Positions 23,083-36,382 of a stretch of 49,467 bases of DNA are shown here, piece by piece (the first letter of the stretch is position 1; every line of letters begins with the position of its first letter). The stretch covers positions 27,208,172-27,257,638 of the forward strand of contig NC_068995.1 of NCBI RefSeq assembly GCF_001194135.2, written 5' to 3'. This DNA is from Octopus bimaculoides (taxonomy: Eukaryota). Below the pieces are notes generated by a model. That model made no database searches. It saw only the letters and a list, made by a program, of their open reading frames with translations, and was not told the DNA's origin. The translations under genes were made by a program, and so were the position numbers.

Positions 23083-23745
23083 ATTCTGGTTTTATTGGCC
23101 ACAAGGGCTAACATAAATCAAAAAACATGTAATGACAAACACAGGATGAAAAGTACAAACGGTTTTGCAAAAAAGAAAGGTCCGTGTAAACACTAGAAAA
23201 AACAGCGAAAAATATAACAAGTAAAATTCTCAATAGGGGGAGGCGCTTTGAAAGGTTACTTGTGGAAAAACCCATAAAAGCCACAGGAGCCTGGTCAAAA
23301 AGGGGTAAAGAGCCCCTTCTCCTTTTATATTACCTTTTTTACAGGTGTAACCTCAGAATTGGGCTGTTCATACTGACCATTTTACCAACATTCACCCACC
23401 TTTCAATAAATTTGCTACGAGACAGCACTTCCTTCTCTCCTCTCATCTTCCTTTTCAAGTGGAACTTGAAAAGTTGATGAGACCTTGGCCAAAGAGGAAA
23501 GTGTCTGACTTTAGCCCTTTCAAACGGGTCCACCATACCACCTCTTTCACTACAGCCACTAGACAAAGGAAAATTGCCTTGCCCTCCCGGTTAAAGGAGG
23601 TCGACAGGGCAATCTTCACTATGGATTCAGCTGATATCCGGATCTGTCCTACACGTGACAGTAGCTGTTCAACATAAACCCACAGGTCAGCAATACTCAG
23701 GCACTGGATGAGTGTGTGCAGAACAGTTTCGTCGACAGGTTTCAT
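23083..23745 (-). mobile_element. Tx1/L1-clade LINE 3' fragment
   Basis: DETVLHTLIQCLSIADLWVYVEQLL, AIFLCLVAVVKEVVWWTR and FKFHLKRKMRGEKEVLSRSKFIERW resemble the Tx1 ORF2 C-terminus. AATAAA on the minus strand at 23096-23091 lies just before (ATT)n. Confidence 0.68.
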
Positions 23746-24667
23746 TCACTAGTTTTATTAATAAGGTCAGAAACTGAAGTTGAAAGAATAGTGAGTTTTT
23801 ATAGAAAGTTCTTATTGGTATAAGGTTGATTTTTGCCTATCTTCTCTTTGCTTTGTAGAGACATTGTTGTTTTCCATTAAATAGAGGAGAATGGTGTCCA
23901 TTTTAGCCAATTACTTGAATTAACCAATGGTAGGCATAGATACTGTATATAATAAGTTGAACATAGTAAACAATAATAAAATTACAGCAAAATACTGTAA
24001 TAATCATCATTTAACGTCCGTCTTCCATACTGGCATACCATTTTATTGTGCCTACTTTTGCTCATGTATGTTTAAGTTTCCTTTGAAAGTGTGTTATTTT
24101 ATTGTTATTTGTTTTGTCTTGTTTTAATACAATATGATGTTTCCTTTCAAATGTTCATTCTACTCTGTTTTGTTTGTTGTGCATGTTGACCTCATTTATG
24201 AAGATGTGTTTTTTCAACAATGTATTTTGTAATAATCACACATCAGACATTGGATTAAGTCATTTGTATTTACTGGAGCCTTATAACATTTCTTTTCTTG
24301 TTTATTTTGGTTTTGGTGATATTGGATTTACTTCAGATTTTATAGAAAGCTATATTTACACTTCCATGATATTTAGTCTAGGCAGAATTGTTATTACATT
24401 ATTGTTGTTGTTGTCATCACCTTATATGTCTGGTTTATTGAAACTGAACTCATTTTATTCTTAGTAGGAAATTGTTTGCTGCAAAATTTGATTTATTTGA
24501 CACAAAATAAATGATTTCTATGGTGCTGAAAAGACAACCTGGAGCTTTTTGAAATATTTTTGTATTTAAGATGATTTTTTTTTACTTTTACTTAATGGAA
24601 CAATGAAACAGTATTAAAACTCATCTTTTTTTGTAATTATTATAAGTTAATTTTATTTTATTCACAG

Positions 24668-25435
24668 AGTCCAGTCTTCCTTTTATTTTTGGATTGTGTT
24701 TGGCAGTTGACTATCCAATTTCCTGTACAATTTGAATTTACCGAGACTTACTTGACTGTCCTTTGGGATAGTCTCCATACTGGACTCTTTGGAACATTCT
24801 TATTCAGTTGCCAGCATCAACATGTACTTGAGAATTGTAAATCTATGAATCAACGATGTGGTAATTCTGCTACGAACATATCAGAATCTTGCTTGCCCTC
24901 TATTTGGAGAATGTTAGCAAATGCAAGTCATAAAACATTATTTTATAATCCATTATATGTTATATATAATAACCAGATTTGTTGCGATCTTGCAAACTCA
25001 ATTAAAGAAACATATGTATCAATGAAGGACCAGATTCTCTATCCACAAATATCCTTAACTAAACTTTGGGCTCAGTGTTATATTCGCTGGCTTTTTCCTG
25101 GACAAATAAATGCAGGTGGGAAAATATCAGTATATTTGCAACAATGTTTATTGGTGGAAGAAATCTTTACGCTGCAAAACCAGATCAGCAATTTATCAAA
25201 AGGAGAAGCTAGTAAGAAATCTTTTCCTGATAGTAACCTTGTTTTTGCCTCTTCACTTGCTGATGTAAACAGTAAAATTACTTCTTCTTTTCCATTTTCT
25301 GATAGACACAGAATTTGCATGTATGCTAATGACTCTTCACTTCCTCATCTTTCACTTAACATATACAAACAAAGCAGTAAAATTATTTCACCCAGCATAC
25401 AAGTTACTACTGCAGATAAATCTACTGATCAATAA
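24668..25435 (+). CDS. MTMR10: MTMR10/11/12-like terminal coding exon (SID and 3-PAP-like C-terminus)
   Basis: ttcacag|AGT CCA GTC, phase 0, 768 nt to TAA. SPVFLLFLDCVWQL..QFP.QFEFTETYL.VL.DS...LFGTFLF, LFYNPLY, LWAQCYIRW, GGKIS and SSFPFS match MTMR10/12-type proteins. Orthology within the 10/11/12 group is not resolved. Confidence 0.93.
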   Translation, partial: SPVFLLFLDCVWQLTIQFPVQFEFTETYLTVLWDSLHTGLFGTFLFSCQHQHVLENCKSMNQRCGNSATNISESCLPSIWRMLANASHKTLFYNPLYVIYNNQICCDLANSIKETYVSMKDQILYPQISLTKLWAQCYIRWLFPGQINAGGKISVYLQQCLLVEEIFTLQNQISNLSKGEASKKSFPDSNLVFASSLADVNSKITSSFPFSDRHRICMYANDSSLPHLSLNIYKQSSKIISPSIQVTTADKSTDQ

Positions 25436-26244
25436 CATAAAACATTGTGACTATCTTTTTCCAGCAAAAGATAACTTTGTAAATTACTTCACAAAAAGGT
25501 TTTATGCATAAAGTTGGTTATCTAATCTTTGTTTGATTATTTATATTTTTGTGTGTGTGTGAATGTCACATATATGATGTCTAAACGTGAATGTGCAAAC
25601 TAAACCAGACACACAATGTATGTCTGGTTCAGGTTGTTTATTTTACATTCATTTTTCTAGACTACCATTGTTTGACAAACTTGCTATTGAGGCATTGTTT
25701 TACAGCTGGATACCATTTCTGATGCTAACCCTTACCTGTTTTTCAATTGAATGGTTACATATTCCACACAGCTTTGAAAGTATGTATGAGTAAGTGATTT
25801 ATTGATTAGAGAAAATGCCAACAACACCACATGAGCATTGTAACTTTCAAATTAGCAAGTACCAGATGTAAACACAACACAAGTATATACATATCTATTA
25901 TATATNNNNNNNNNNNNNNNNTATATATACATACATACATATACACACACACACTAGAGAGCCCATGCCATCAATAATGACTGCTGGTGTTTTACTAAAC
26001 TTTCTGAGAATTGCCACATCTTGACTTGTCTGTTTGAATAATAGATTTTTTTCAAGTGGAGGTATTGTTGGAAAATGTACATGATGAGAGTTGCTAATGA
26101 GAATATATGGATGTAAATGAAAATACTAAAGTAACAGGAAAATAAGAAAATTATATTTATCACTCCCCAAATATTATACAGGTTTCAATACTATATCTCA
26201 TAGTCAATGATTCATTCATTATTCTGCATTATATTATTTTCTAC

Positions 26245-26250
26245 AATAAA
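26245..26250 (+). promoter_or_regulatory. Candidate polyadenylation signal for the MTMR gene
   Basis: First AATAAA I noticed downstream of the stop (about 810 nt). Motif only, with no transcript support. Confidence 0.25.
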
Positions 26251-26355
26251 TGCTCTATCTAATTTCACAAATGTTGTACATGTGTATGTATTCAAAACTA
26301 TTAAAATATATGCATATTTACACATGGGTACATGATCTTACAAACATGTAATGTA

Positions 26356-29300
26356 CATCATCATCATTTAACATCCATCTTCTAAGCATGGGTAGGATGG
26401 TAGACAGGAGCCGGCCATATAGAGAACTATATCCTAGGCTACTATGTCTGTTTTGGCAGGGTTTTTATGGCTGGATGCCCTTCCTAACACCAACCACTCT
26501 GCAGAGTGGACTCAGTGCTCTTATGTGACACTAGCACAGGCAAAGGTTAGTTTTGGCATGATTTTTATAACTGGATGCCCCTCGTGGACTGGGTGCTTTT
26601 TACATGGTACCAGCACTGGAAGAGTCACCAAGTAACTCGCAAGACAAGGAATTATGAGAGGAGTAGGGGAATTTGAGGTGGAGAATTTATGTCAGAGGAT
26701 GAAAGGTTAGAGTGTGACAGAGAGGCAGAAACAAGCATCTTGCTATAACAGACGGGGCATTGAGGGAGGTGATCTGGTATCAGATGATGAAAGGTTGGAG
26801 TGTGACAGAGAAATAGAGAGGCAGAAATAGGTGTCTTGCTATAGAGGAGGTACATGGTTACCAGTCAGAGAAAGAGAGATGAAAGATAGAGAGAGAGAGA
26901 GAGGGGGGTGCAAGAAAGAGGACAGAAACAGGTATGCTGATGTAAAGGAGATACTAGTCAGGGGAAAAACAAGAGAAGGAGAGAGAGAGTGATCAAGAAT
27001 GAGGGCAGAAATAGGTGTGCTGCTGTAAAGGAGATACATGGCTACCCAGCCAGAGAGAAGAGCAAGGGAAAGAGGGAGAGTAGGAAACAGCAAAAGTATA
27101 AGAGAGAGCAGGAGAGAAATGGTGAAGTGCCAGAGTATACTCACAAGTAACAAGGATCAGAGCATAGATGTGATGGAAGAGTGAGGAAGAGAGAGGTACA
27201 AAGGTCATAAAATACGCAGTCAGGTATTGCCAAGAAGGAGCAAGTAAAGAGTGGGGATTGCAGTGACTGACAAAAACCTGGGCAGAAAAATGGGGTGGGG
27301 GAAGCATCGATACAGTGAGGATAGTGAGGGCAGTGAGGATAGAAAAGTGGATTGGAAGACAACCATAGTTTATGAAGAGGAAATGTGAGGAAGAGAAATA
27401 TGCAGTTTAGAAGCAGAGATGTAGTACAGTTTCTTGGGGAAGGGTGTGTGAAAAGTTTGTTGTTACATGTGAGTGGGACACAACATTTCTAGCACTCAGT
27501 TTCGCTGACATGTGCAGGTCTTCTCTAGAACCTCATATCGCCAAACATCTCAGGCCATTGTCGTTTTGTCTGTGAGTCCCAACATCCTAAGATCGGTCCT
27601 CACCACTTCATCCCATGTCTTCCTCATGGGTCTCCTTCTTCCACAGATACCATCCACTTTCAGTGACAGGCACTTCTGTATACAGCTGTCTTTACTCGTA
27701 CACCTCACATGTCCAAACCAATGCATTCTCCTCTCCTGCATACCACATTTAATCCCTCTTATGCCTAACTTTTCTCTCAACACAGTTGTGCTTGTCAGTC
27801 ATTCTCACTGATGTTGCAAATTCTACAGAACATACTACCTTCGTTCTTCTCCAGTCTACGTCCTCTGCAGTCAGAGCCCATGTCTCTCACTATCATGTAA
27901 TGTAGCCGTTCTCTCACAAGCATCATATAATCTACCATTCACTCTGAGAGAGAATCCGTTTGTTGCCAACAGAGTAGTAGCTCTCTGAACTTCCTCCATC
28001 CTATTCTTATTCTAGAGACAATACTTTCAGAGCATCCACCACCGTTACTAATTTGGTCACCTAAATAGCAGAAACTATCTACTACCTCAAGAGAGCCTCC
28101 TGGGCATTTGAATGCATCTAAGTCTCTTGTGCTCTTAGTGCTTATTGTTCCTGTGCATCTGCCACACATGAAAACGACCTTATCTGCTAACCTACATGAA
28201 ATTTCACTGCATCTCTTATGTATCCATAGCTTACATTTGGTGCAGCAAATGGAATTACATCCCACTCCTATCCTACATATTGAGCAGGGCCATTTACCTG
28301 ACAGAAGAAGAGTCTTATCTGCTTTCTTGCTAACAACAACTTTAGTCTTTGCTAAGTTAACTTTAAGGCCCTTTGATTCCAGATTTTGCTTCCAAACCCG
28401 AAATTTCTCCAATTCAGATTCTGCAATATGAACAAGATCATCAGCATGTAGCTGTTCCCATGGGCATCCAGTTTTCAATTCCTGTTATGGCTTGGAGGAC
28501 TGTCACGAATAAGAGTGGACTAAGAGCTGTTCCCTGGTGAACTCCATCTTGTTCACTAAATTCATCACTGTATTCAAGGCTGACTCTCATCTTACTCACA
28601 GCATTGCTGTACATGGCATGTGTGGCTGTAACAAGTCATTCCTCTACTCCTAGCTTTGAGATCACCAGATAAGAGTGTGAGGAACCCTGTCGAAAGCTTT
28701 CTCCAGGTCATCGAAGGCTAAGTACAATGGTTTACTTTTGGCCAAATACTTTTCTTGCAGCTGTCTCACTAGGAAGATGGCATCTGTGGTACTCCTCCCA
28801 GGAATAAAACCAAACTGCATTTCATCTAGTTTAATTCTACTCCTAATTAGTTGAGATATAACTCTCTCTGTAATTTTCATGACCTGGTCCAGCAGTTTGA
28901 TACCTTTGTAGTTGTTTCTATCTGAGGCATCACCTTTACCCTTGTAGCAGCTAACTATAATACTACTATACCAGTCTTTGGTGATGATGCCTTCCTGAAT
29001 AACCTGATTTGCTATGCAAGTGACTAGGCTATATCCCACAGCACCTGATATTTTAATCATCTCAGCAGTGATATCTGATGGTCCAGGGGCTTTCCCAGTC
29101 TTCATAACCTTAATTGCCTTATCTATCATACTGCTATCAACTCTGATGGCTGATCCCTCAATTAGTTTAATATTTGAAAGATTCTCCTTCCCCATTCATT
29201 CTCCACATTTAACAATCTTTCATAATGGCATCCCCACGCATCTTTCTTCTCTGAGTCACAAACTGCAAACTTACCATTATCCATTCGCACACACTTCTCA

Positions 29301-30490
29301 CCTACCACATCTCTATTCTCTCTGATACACTGCTTTGCAATCCTGAACACTTCATGCCTCTGATCCTCCTGCTGCATAACATTGGCAAACTTCTTACCTT
29401 CTGCTATTCCTTTTACTATGTAAACCTGTCACCTACCCTCCCTTCTTACTCCCTGATATAATGCTCTGCTTCCACTGTTTTTCCAGTCCTTCCAGGCCTG
29501 GCTCTTTGCTTTTATAGCACTGTCCACCTCCTTGTTCCCCTACTAGCTAGGACTTTGCACCAACCACAGATTTGGTCAGCAGCACCCAGTAAATTGTCCC
29601 ACAGGAACTTCCAGTTGTCCTCTAAGCTACTGTATATGTCCTTTCCTCCTCTTCCTCTCTATCATCATCGACTTCCGTTAGAATATTTCTAAATTCTTGT
29701 TCATTTGCTGGGTCTTTGAGCTTCCATAATCTTTTCCAGCATGGTTTATTTCTAGCCCTAGTCTTCCTAGCCCTAATTCTTATGTCACATGCTAGTAACC
29801 TATGTTGGGGTGCACACTCTTCACCTGGGAAAGATTTTGCATTTGTGAGCATCAGCCTATCTCATTGCCTAGTGATAAGGTAATCAGCCTGGCTTATGTT
29901 CCCACCAGACTGATCAGTGATTAGGTGGCTGGCTGGATTTCTGACGTTAGCGTTGCAGATCATGAGATCATTTGCATCACAGAACTCAAGTAGCCTTGTT
30001 TTCTCCTCATTCCTGGAATCAAAGCCATGCACACATGGAATCCATGGCAATGCTGCACAACATGTCCATTAAAGACACCAGCCTCAGTAATGAAGTCTGT
30101 CATTGAGGTAGTCTGTAAAAGTACCTCATAGAATTGGTCCTTCTGATCATCAGCCAGCCCAGCCTGTGGAACATAGGCAGAGATAAATGTAATTATTAAT
30201 CAATCTTATGATAAGTCTCAACTTAATAATCCTATCACATACTCTGACTACCTCAGGTACCTTATCTACCCACTTTTCTGCTAAGAGTATGCCCATCTCA
30301 CCCACTCCATCACTCCTGCCTACCTAGAAGAATTTGAACCTCTGTTTCTTACTCATGATGAATTTAGCAGAGGCCTCTTTTCATCTCACATCTTGCATAC
30401 CACACACATCGACATAGCAACACTCCATCATTTTGATAATCTCACCAGATTTCCCCTTCATTGTGCCAACGTTGATATTTGCAGCCCCAA
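26356..30490 (-). mobile_element. RTE LINE family B, essentially full-length and decayed
   Basis: APE: NINVGTMKGKSGEII and EECAPQHRLLACD. RT: KTGKAPGPSDIT, YKGKGDASDRNNYKGIKLLDQVMK, MQFGFIPGRSTTDAIFLVRQLQEKY, DLEKAFDRVP, CPWEQLHADDL. C-terminal Cys-rich region, about 1.15-kb 3' UTR, (GAT)n tail at 26356. Confidence 0.93.
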
Positions 30491-30590
30491 AATTGTGTAC
30501 TTGGGAGGAACAATGGGAAGGTAGTTGTTGCTGGGTTTTGTCCATGTTTGAAAAGAAGATCTGTGCAAATGTTTGCTAGGTAGTCTACAA

Positions 30591-30825
30591 CCTTGGTACA
30601 TCATGTATTCGATTTAATGAAGTATAATTTCCTCCCTCTCATACAGTATCCAGATTAAGGGTCAGTAAAGAGAGTGGTAAGAAGAGATTGAAGTAGTCTA
30701 ATATGTCTATCTATATACCTTGGTACATCTTGTATTTAATTCAATAAAGTACAATTTCCTCACTCCCATACAGCATCCAAATTAAGGATCAGTAAAGAGA
30801 GGAGTAAGAAGGGCATGAAAGTAGT
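30591..30825. repeat. Diverged tandem duplication, period about 127 bp
   Basis: Units start ccttggtacatc at 30591 and 30718 and end gaagtagt / aaagtagt. Confidence 0.85.
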
Positions 30826-30827
30826 TA

Positions 30828-31026
30828 TCGTCGTCGTCGTTTAACGTCCGCTTTCCATGCTAGCATGTGTTGGACGATTTGACTGAGGACTGGTGAAACC
30901 AGATGGCTACACCAGGCTCCAATCTGATTTGGCAGAGTTTCTACAGCTGGATGCCCTTCCTAAAGCCAACCACTCAGAGAGTGTAGTGGGTGCTTTTACG
31001 TGTCACCCGCACGAAGGCCAGTCAGT
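30828..31026 (-). mobile_element. RTE family A 3' tail only
   Basis: Reverse complement of the 1360-1560 tail. Confidence 0.9.
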
Positions 31027-32256
31027 GTCCATATATACATATACACAGTATTAACCTTATATGCTTATATATACACACACACCCATACACCTACACACAC
31101 ATATATACTTACACACATATGAATATGCAGTCCACATAAACTTACACGTAGATGTAAATATATACATATATACTCCTAAGCACCTACATATATACTTATA
31201 AACACATACATCCACACTAACATATAAACATAATGAGGTGCACATAAGTACATACATACACTTATACAGTACGCTGACAGGTGCATGCATACAAGTATAT
31301 GCGTACAGGGAGGAAAAACCTCTACTCATAGGACAGTTAACTAGGGAAGGAAGTCATGTTCGTTTAGATTGAAATGGCAGGGATGAGAGTGGGAAGGTGG
31401 GCATAACGTGTTAGCAAGATGGATGCTGTTTTTAACGTACATTAATATTTAAAACTTTCATTATAATTATTATTACTAATACACCCTAAGCCATATAATA
31501 TCATAAATTAACTTTTCAAGCTATATATTATCATATAAAGTTAGGAGCATATTAAAAAAATCATATTATTCTAATCTACATACTAACATAAAACAGAATA
31601 GAATTTGTATTAATGTAAGCTACATAATATCAAATAAACATATGAGAAATTGGCTGGGCAAGGATGCTGAATAGGAGAGAAAGAGAGAGATTAAATGGCA
31701 TTACATTAAAATAAAATAAGACAAAGATTAAAAAAAAAAACAATAAAAACTTAGCTTCTGTTTTCACTTTTAGCAAATAGTAAAGTAAACATACTATTTC
31801 TATCTCTACATAAAGTGTTAGCAAGATGGACACTATTTTTAATGTACATTGATGTTTAAAACTTTTATTATAATAATTAATGCAATCTTTTATTATAATA
31901 ATTAATACAATCTAAGCCACATAATATTCATAAATTAACTTGCCAAGCTAGATGTCTTGCGAACAACTCGCACATGCAAGTGCTACCAGTCGAGAACTCC
32001 GCATACCGGAAGCCAGCAAGTGTATAGGGTCATCAGGAGAGAATGCGCGCCGTTTCGGGGCCTACCTCTTGACGGCATCAATGCGCACCAGCCCCCCTCA
32101 CTGATATGAGGCCCCGCTTGCTAGATCAACTGGCTATTAAAAACAAAGCTCAATATTTCTCTAGCCATCACTCATCGTCTTTTTTTAACCAACTCCAGTG
32201 GCTAGCCTTCTCTACTGTATTTTGGATATCGGTCATGGTGGTATTTACCTTACGAT

Positions 32257-33607
32257 GACACATTGTAAATAAGAAAGGGCAGAAAGACTGCTCCTTTCAA
32301 AGTCATGACAGTAATAAAGAGGCAGAGGGGGAATATAGAAATTAAGGAGGAAAGATTGTAAAAATTAAAGCAAGGGGTCAGAGGCCAGGCCACATATCTA
32401 ATGAGTAACAAAAACTACGACTATGAAAGTTAGCTTAAATTAAATTAAATTACAGGTGGGTTAGTATTTTATGGAGTAGAAACACAAATAGATGAATGAT
32501 GTATGATTAAGGTGAAGAAAAAGTGCACTTAGCTGGACATATAAACTTAGGAGCATATAAAAAAAAAATCATACTGCTCTAATCTACATACTAACATAAA
32601 ACAGAAGAATTTGCTACATTTTTCTAAAAGTTTTCCAAGAACAGCAGGTTTAGTTTATGCAAAACCTACAAATGCATATAATAAGCATTATTATTCACAT
32701 GGCAGTGAAACATGGGCTGTAACTGCTGAGGACATACGTAAGCNNNNNNNNNNNNNNNNNNNNNNNNNNNNNNNNNNNNNNNNNNNNNNNNNNNNNNNNN
32801 NNNNNNNNNNNNNNNNNNNNNNNNNNNNNNNNNNNNNNNNNNNNNNNNNNNNNNNNNNNNNNNNNNNNNNNNNNNNNNNNNNNNNNNNNNNNNNNNNNNN
32901 NNNNNNNNNNNNNNNNNNNNNNNNNNNNNNNNNNNNNNNNNNNNNNNNNNNNNNNNNNNNNNNNNNNNNNNNNNNNNNNNNNNNNNNNNNNNNNNNNNNN
33001 NNNNNNNNNNNNNNNNNNNNNNNNNNNNNNNNNNNNNNNNNNNNNNNNNNNNNNNNNNNNNNNNNNNNNNNNNNNNNNNNNNNNNNNNNNNNNNNNNNNN
33101 NNNNNNNNNNNNNNNNNNNNNNNNNNNNNNNNNNNNNNNNNNNNNNNNNNNNNNNNNNNNNNNNNNNNNNNNNNNNNNNNNNNTAGCATGGAAAGCGGAC
33201 GTTAAACGATGATGATGATGATGATGATTCACTACAAAAGTTTCTGTAGAACAATATTTCTTGTATAGACATAAAGAGGCACCAACACATGTTGGTCTTT
33301 TGAATTTCTTCCACATGTAACAACATGTCCAGCTAAGTGCACTTCTTCTTCACCTTAATCATACATCATTCATCTATTTGTGTTTCTACTTCATAAAATA
33401 CTAACCCACCTGTAATTTAATTTAATTTAAGCTAACTTTCATAGTCGTAGTTTTTGTTACTCATTAGATATGTGGCCTGGCCTCTGACCCTTGCTTTAAT
33501 TTTTACAATCTTTCCTCCCTAATTTCTATATTCCCCCTCTGCCTCTTTATTTCTGTCATGACTTTGAAAGGAGCAGTCTTTCTACCCTTTCTTATTTACA
33601 ATGTGTC
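32257..33607. repeat. Inverted repeat, about 284-bp arms (32257-32540 and 33325-33607), about 98% identical
   Basis: Manual alignment shows 5 substitutions and 1 indel. The spacer contains an RTE fragment (32698-33228) and a gap. Confidence 0.92.
32698..33228 (+). mobile_element. RTE family A 3' fragment spanning a gap
   Basis: HGSETWAVTAEDIRK before the gap, and tagcatggaaagcggacgttaaac(gat)n after it. Confidence 0.85.
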
Positions 33608-34109
33608 TACCTATTCTCACCCCCATCACCTGTACCAGAAATCTCACCTCTGTACCAGAAATCTCTCCTCTGTACTGCAAATTTCTCATGGTTTCACTAC
33701 CACCACCAGTACTGGAAATCTTTCCTCTGTACCAGTTGGCTCTCAATAGCTTCCCCTACCAATAGTCTCATCCACATTACTGCATGCACCAAAAGGAGAC
33801 TGCATTACTTATTTAGTCAATTAGCAAACTACCTATTTCCTTTCTCTCTACTTATAATGAATTAACCAATTAGTTGTTTTATTTATAAAATTTTTTTTTT
33901 TTTTATCCATTTGTGTTTGCATCAATAGTGCTTATATTAACAATGTTTGTATTACACTCACTTCCAATAGAGGCAGCAATGATGGTAGATTAATGTGAGA
34001 ACAATTGATATGACATGTCTGCTCTCAAACGCTCATTGAAACCTTTTTCTCAGATGTTGAATGCCATCCCCCTTTCCATGTTCCCTCCTACATCCCTTCC
34101 CACTTCCTC

Positions 34110-36382
34110 AGAGTTGACACTTTCAATGTAGGTTCATTGAAAGGTAGGTCTAATGAGATTGTTAATATGCTTGAATGGAGGTGTGTTGATGCATGTTGCA
34201 TTAAAAAAATAAGGCAGAGAGGAGCTTCAGCCAGGTTCCTCACAGGCAAGACACATAGGTATAAAATCTTCTGAGAAGGTAACAATAATGGGACTGGCGG
34301 TGTGGGCATACTTCTTGCAGAGAAATTGGTGGATATGGTCATTGAGGTGGTCAGAGCTTTGGCTAGTTGTGCAGATTAATACAGCAACAATTATCTCTGT
34401 GTATCCCCCCCCCCCAGGTGGATCTATCATATGAACAAAAAGACCACTTTTATGATATTCTTCTGCATGGTACCTCAAGGACAAATGACAATGACCTCAT
34501 CTTTGTGGCTGGTGATTTCAATGGCTGTGTTGGGCAGCAGTCAAGTATCTTCCAGGTGTACATGAGGGCCATGGACGGGTTCTCAAAATGCAACACCAAC
34601 TTCAGGAAGTCAGCTGCTCACCTGATAACCTACCAACTGAGTGACCATGCTAGCCAGATTGATTACATTCTCACCTGAAAGTGAAATACATGGTTGCTCA
34701 TAAAGGCAAAGACATTCCCCGTTGAAGAATGTATCTTTCAGCATAGACTAGTCATTAGTGACTTGAGACTTCAGGTCAGAAGGATTCCAAGAATCTGACC
34801 AATTTGGAAAAGAAAGATTTGGAAGCTTAAGGATCCTTTAAATGGTCAGAGATTTGGGACACCCTAGTTGAGAAATTTTAATGAGAAAGAGGAGGAACTA
34901 CAGACTTGTAACACAGAGGGCAACTGGGAGTTCCTGCAGGACAGCTTGCTAAGTGCCCACAGACCAAATCTGTGGCTGGTTCAAAGTCCCAACCTGACCT
35001 AGGGTGATGTGGTGGTAGAATGATGTTATAGACAAAGCCATTAGAACAAAGAAACAGGCCTGGAAGGACTGAAATAATGGTGGCAACAGAGAACTATATC
35101 AGGTAGCTAAGAGGGAGGCTAGAAGACAGGTTTACTTAGCAAGGGCGAAAGCAGAAAGAAGGGAGTTTTCCAATGTTCTGTGATATGAGGACCAGAGGAT
35201 TGAAATGTTTTGCATTGCAAGACAGTGTGTCACAGAAAATTGTGATGTGGTAAGAGAGAAATGTGTTCACATGGATGATGGCTCACTTGCAGTTAGTGAT
35301 TCTGCAAAAAAGGAGGTTTGGAAATGCCACTAAAAAGGTTGCTAAATGTAGAGAATCAAAGGGACTGGAATCAAAAGAACTCTAAGAACTTAGAGTTAAT
35401 TTAACAAAGACCAAAGTAAGGAAACAGACAAACCACAGATCCCTTCAGGGAGATGGCCCTGCTTGATATGTAGAAAAGGTGTCAAGAGAAACTCCATACA
35501 GTGTATTCAGTGCAAGCTATGGACACATAAGAGGTGCAGTGGTATCCTAAGAAGACTAACAGTGAAAGTAGTCGTTACATGTGGCAGAAATCTACAAAAG
35601 ATCGATTCCCTCAAATGTCAGTGGTGGGGGCAAAATTCTTAGATGCTGAAGACAGTTTCTGTTACTTAAGTAACCAAATTAATAGTGGGAGAGGTTGTTC
35701 TGAAAACATAGCTACTGGAAGAAGAATAGGCTGGGTGAAGTTCAGAGAGCTACTACGTCTGTTAGTAATGAAGGGCCTCTCCCTCAGAGTGAAAGGCAGA
35801 TTGTATGATGGCTGTGTATGAACAGCTATGCTACATGGCAGTGAGACATGTGTTGTGACCACTGAGGATATGCAAAGGCTTGAAAGAAATGAAGCCAGTA
35901 TGCCCCACTGATGGGTAATGTCAGTGTGCACATACAGAATATGATTTGAGAGAAAAACTGGGTATACGAGTCATCAGATGTAGTGTGCAAGAGAGAAGGC
36001 TGTGCTGGTACAGTGACATAATGTATATGAATGAAGACAGTTACATCAAGAGGTGCTGATCTCTAATAGTAGAGGGAACATGTGGAAGGTGTAGACCTAG
36101 AAAGATGTAGGGTGAAGTGGTGAGAAAGGATCTACAGCTGAACATTCCTAATTTGATGCCACATAAAAAGCACCCATGCAAGTGCCACATAAATGCACCG
36201 ATGCTGATGCTGATGCTGTGCAAAAGCACTCTGTACACTGTAAAGTGGTTGGTGTTCGAAAGAGCATCCAGCCGTAGAAACCAGGCCAAAACAGACATGA
36301 AGCCTGAGTAGCTGGTCAGCTCCTGTCAAACCGTCCAACCCATGCCAACATGGAAAACATGTTAAATGATGATGATGATGAT
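34110..36382 (+). mobile_element. RTE LINE, decayed with internal deletion
   Basis: TFNVGSLKGRSNEIV, VAGDFNGCVG, SQIDYILT, EECIFQHRLV; later YLSNQI..GRGC, LSLRVKGRLYDGCV*TAMLHGSET; (GAT)n tail. Confidence 0.88.

Noticed and set aside
32030-32062. GAAAC...CUGAUGA on the minus strand (possible type II hammerhead)
   Set aside because: No stem II pairing and no NUH triplet with stem III.
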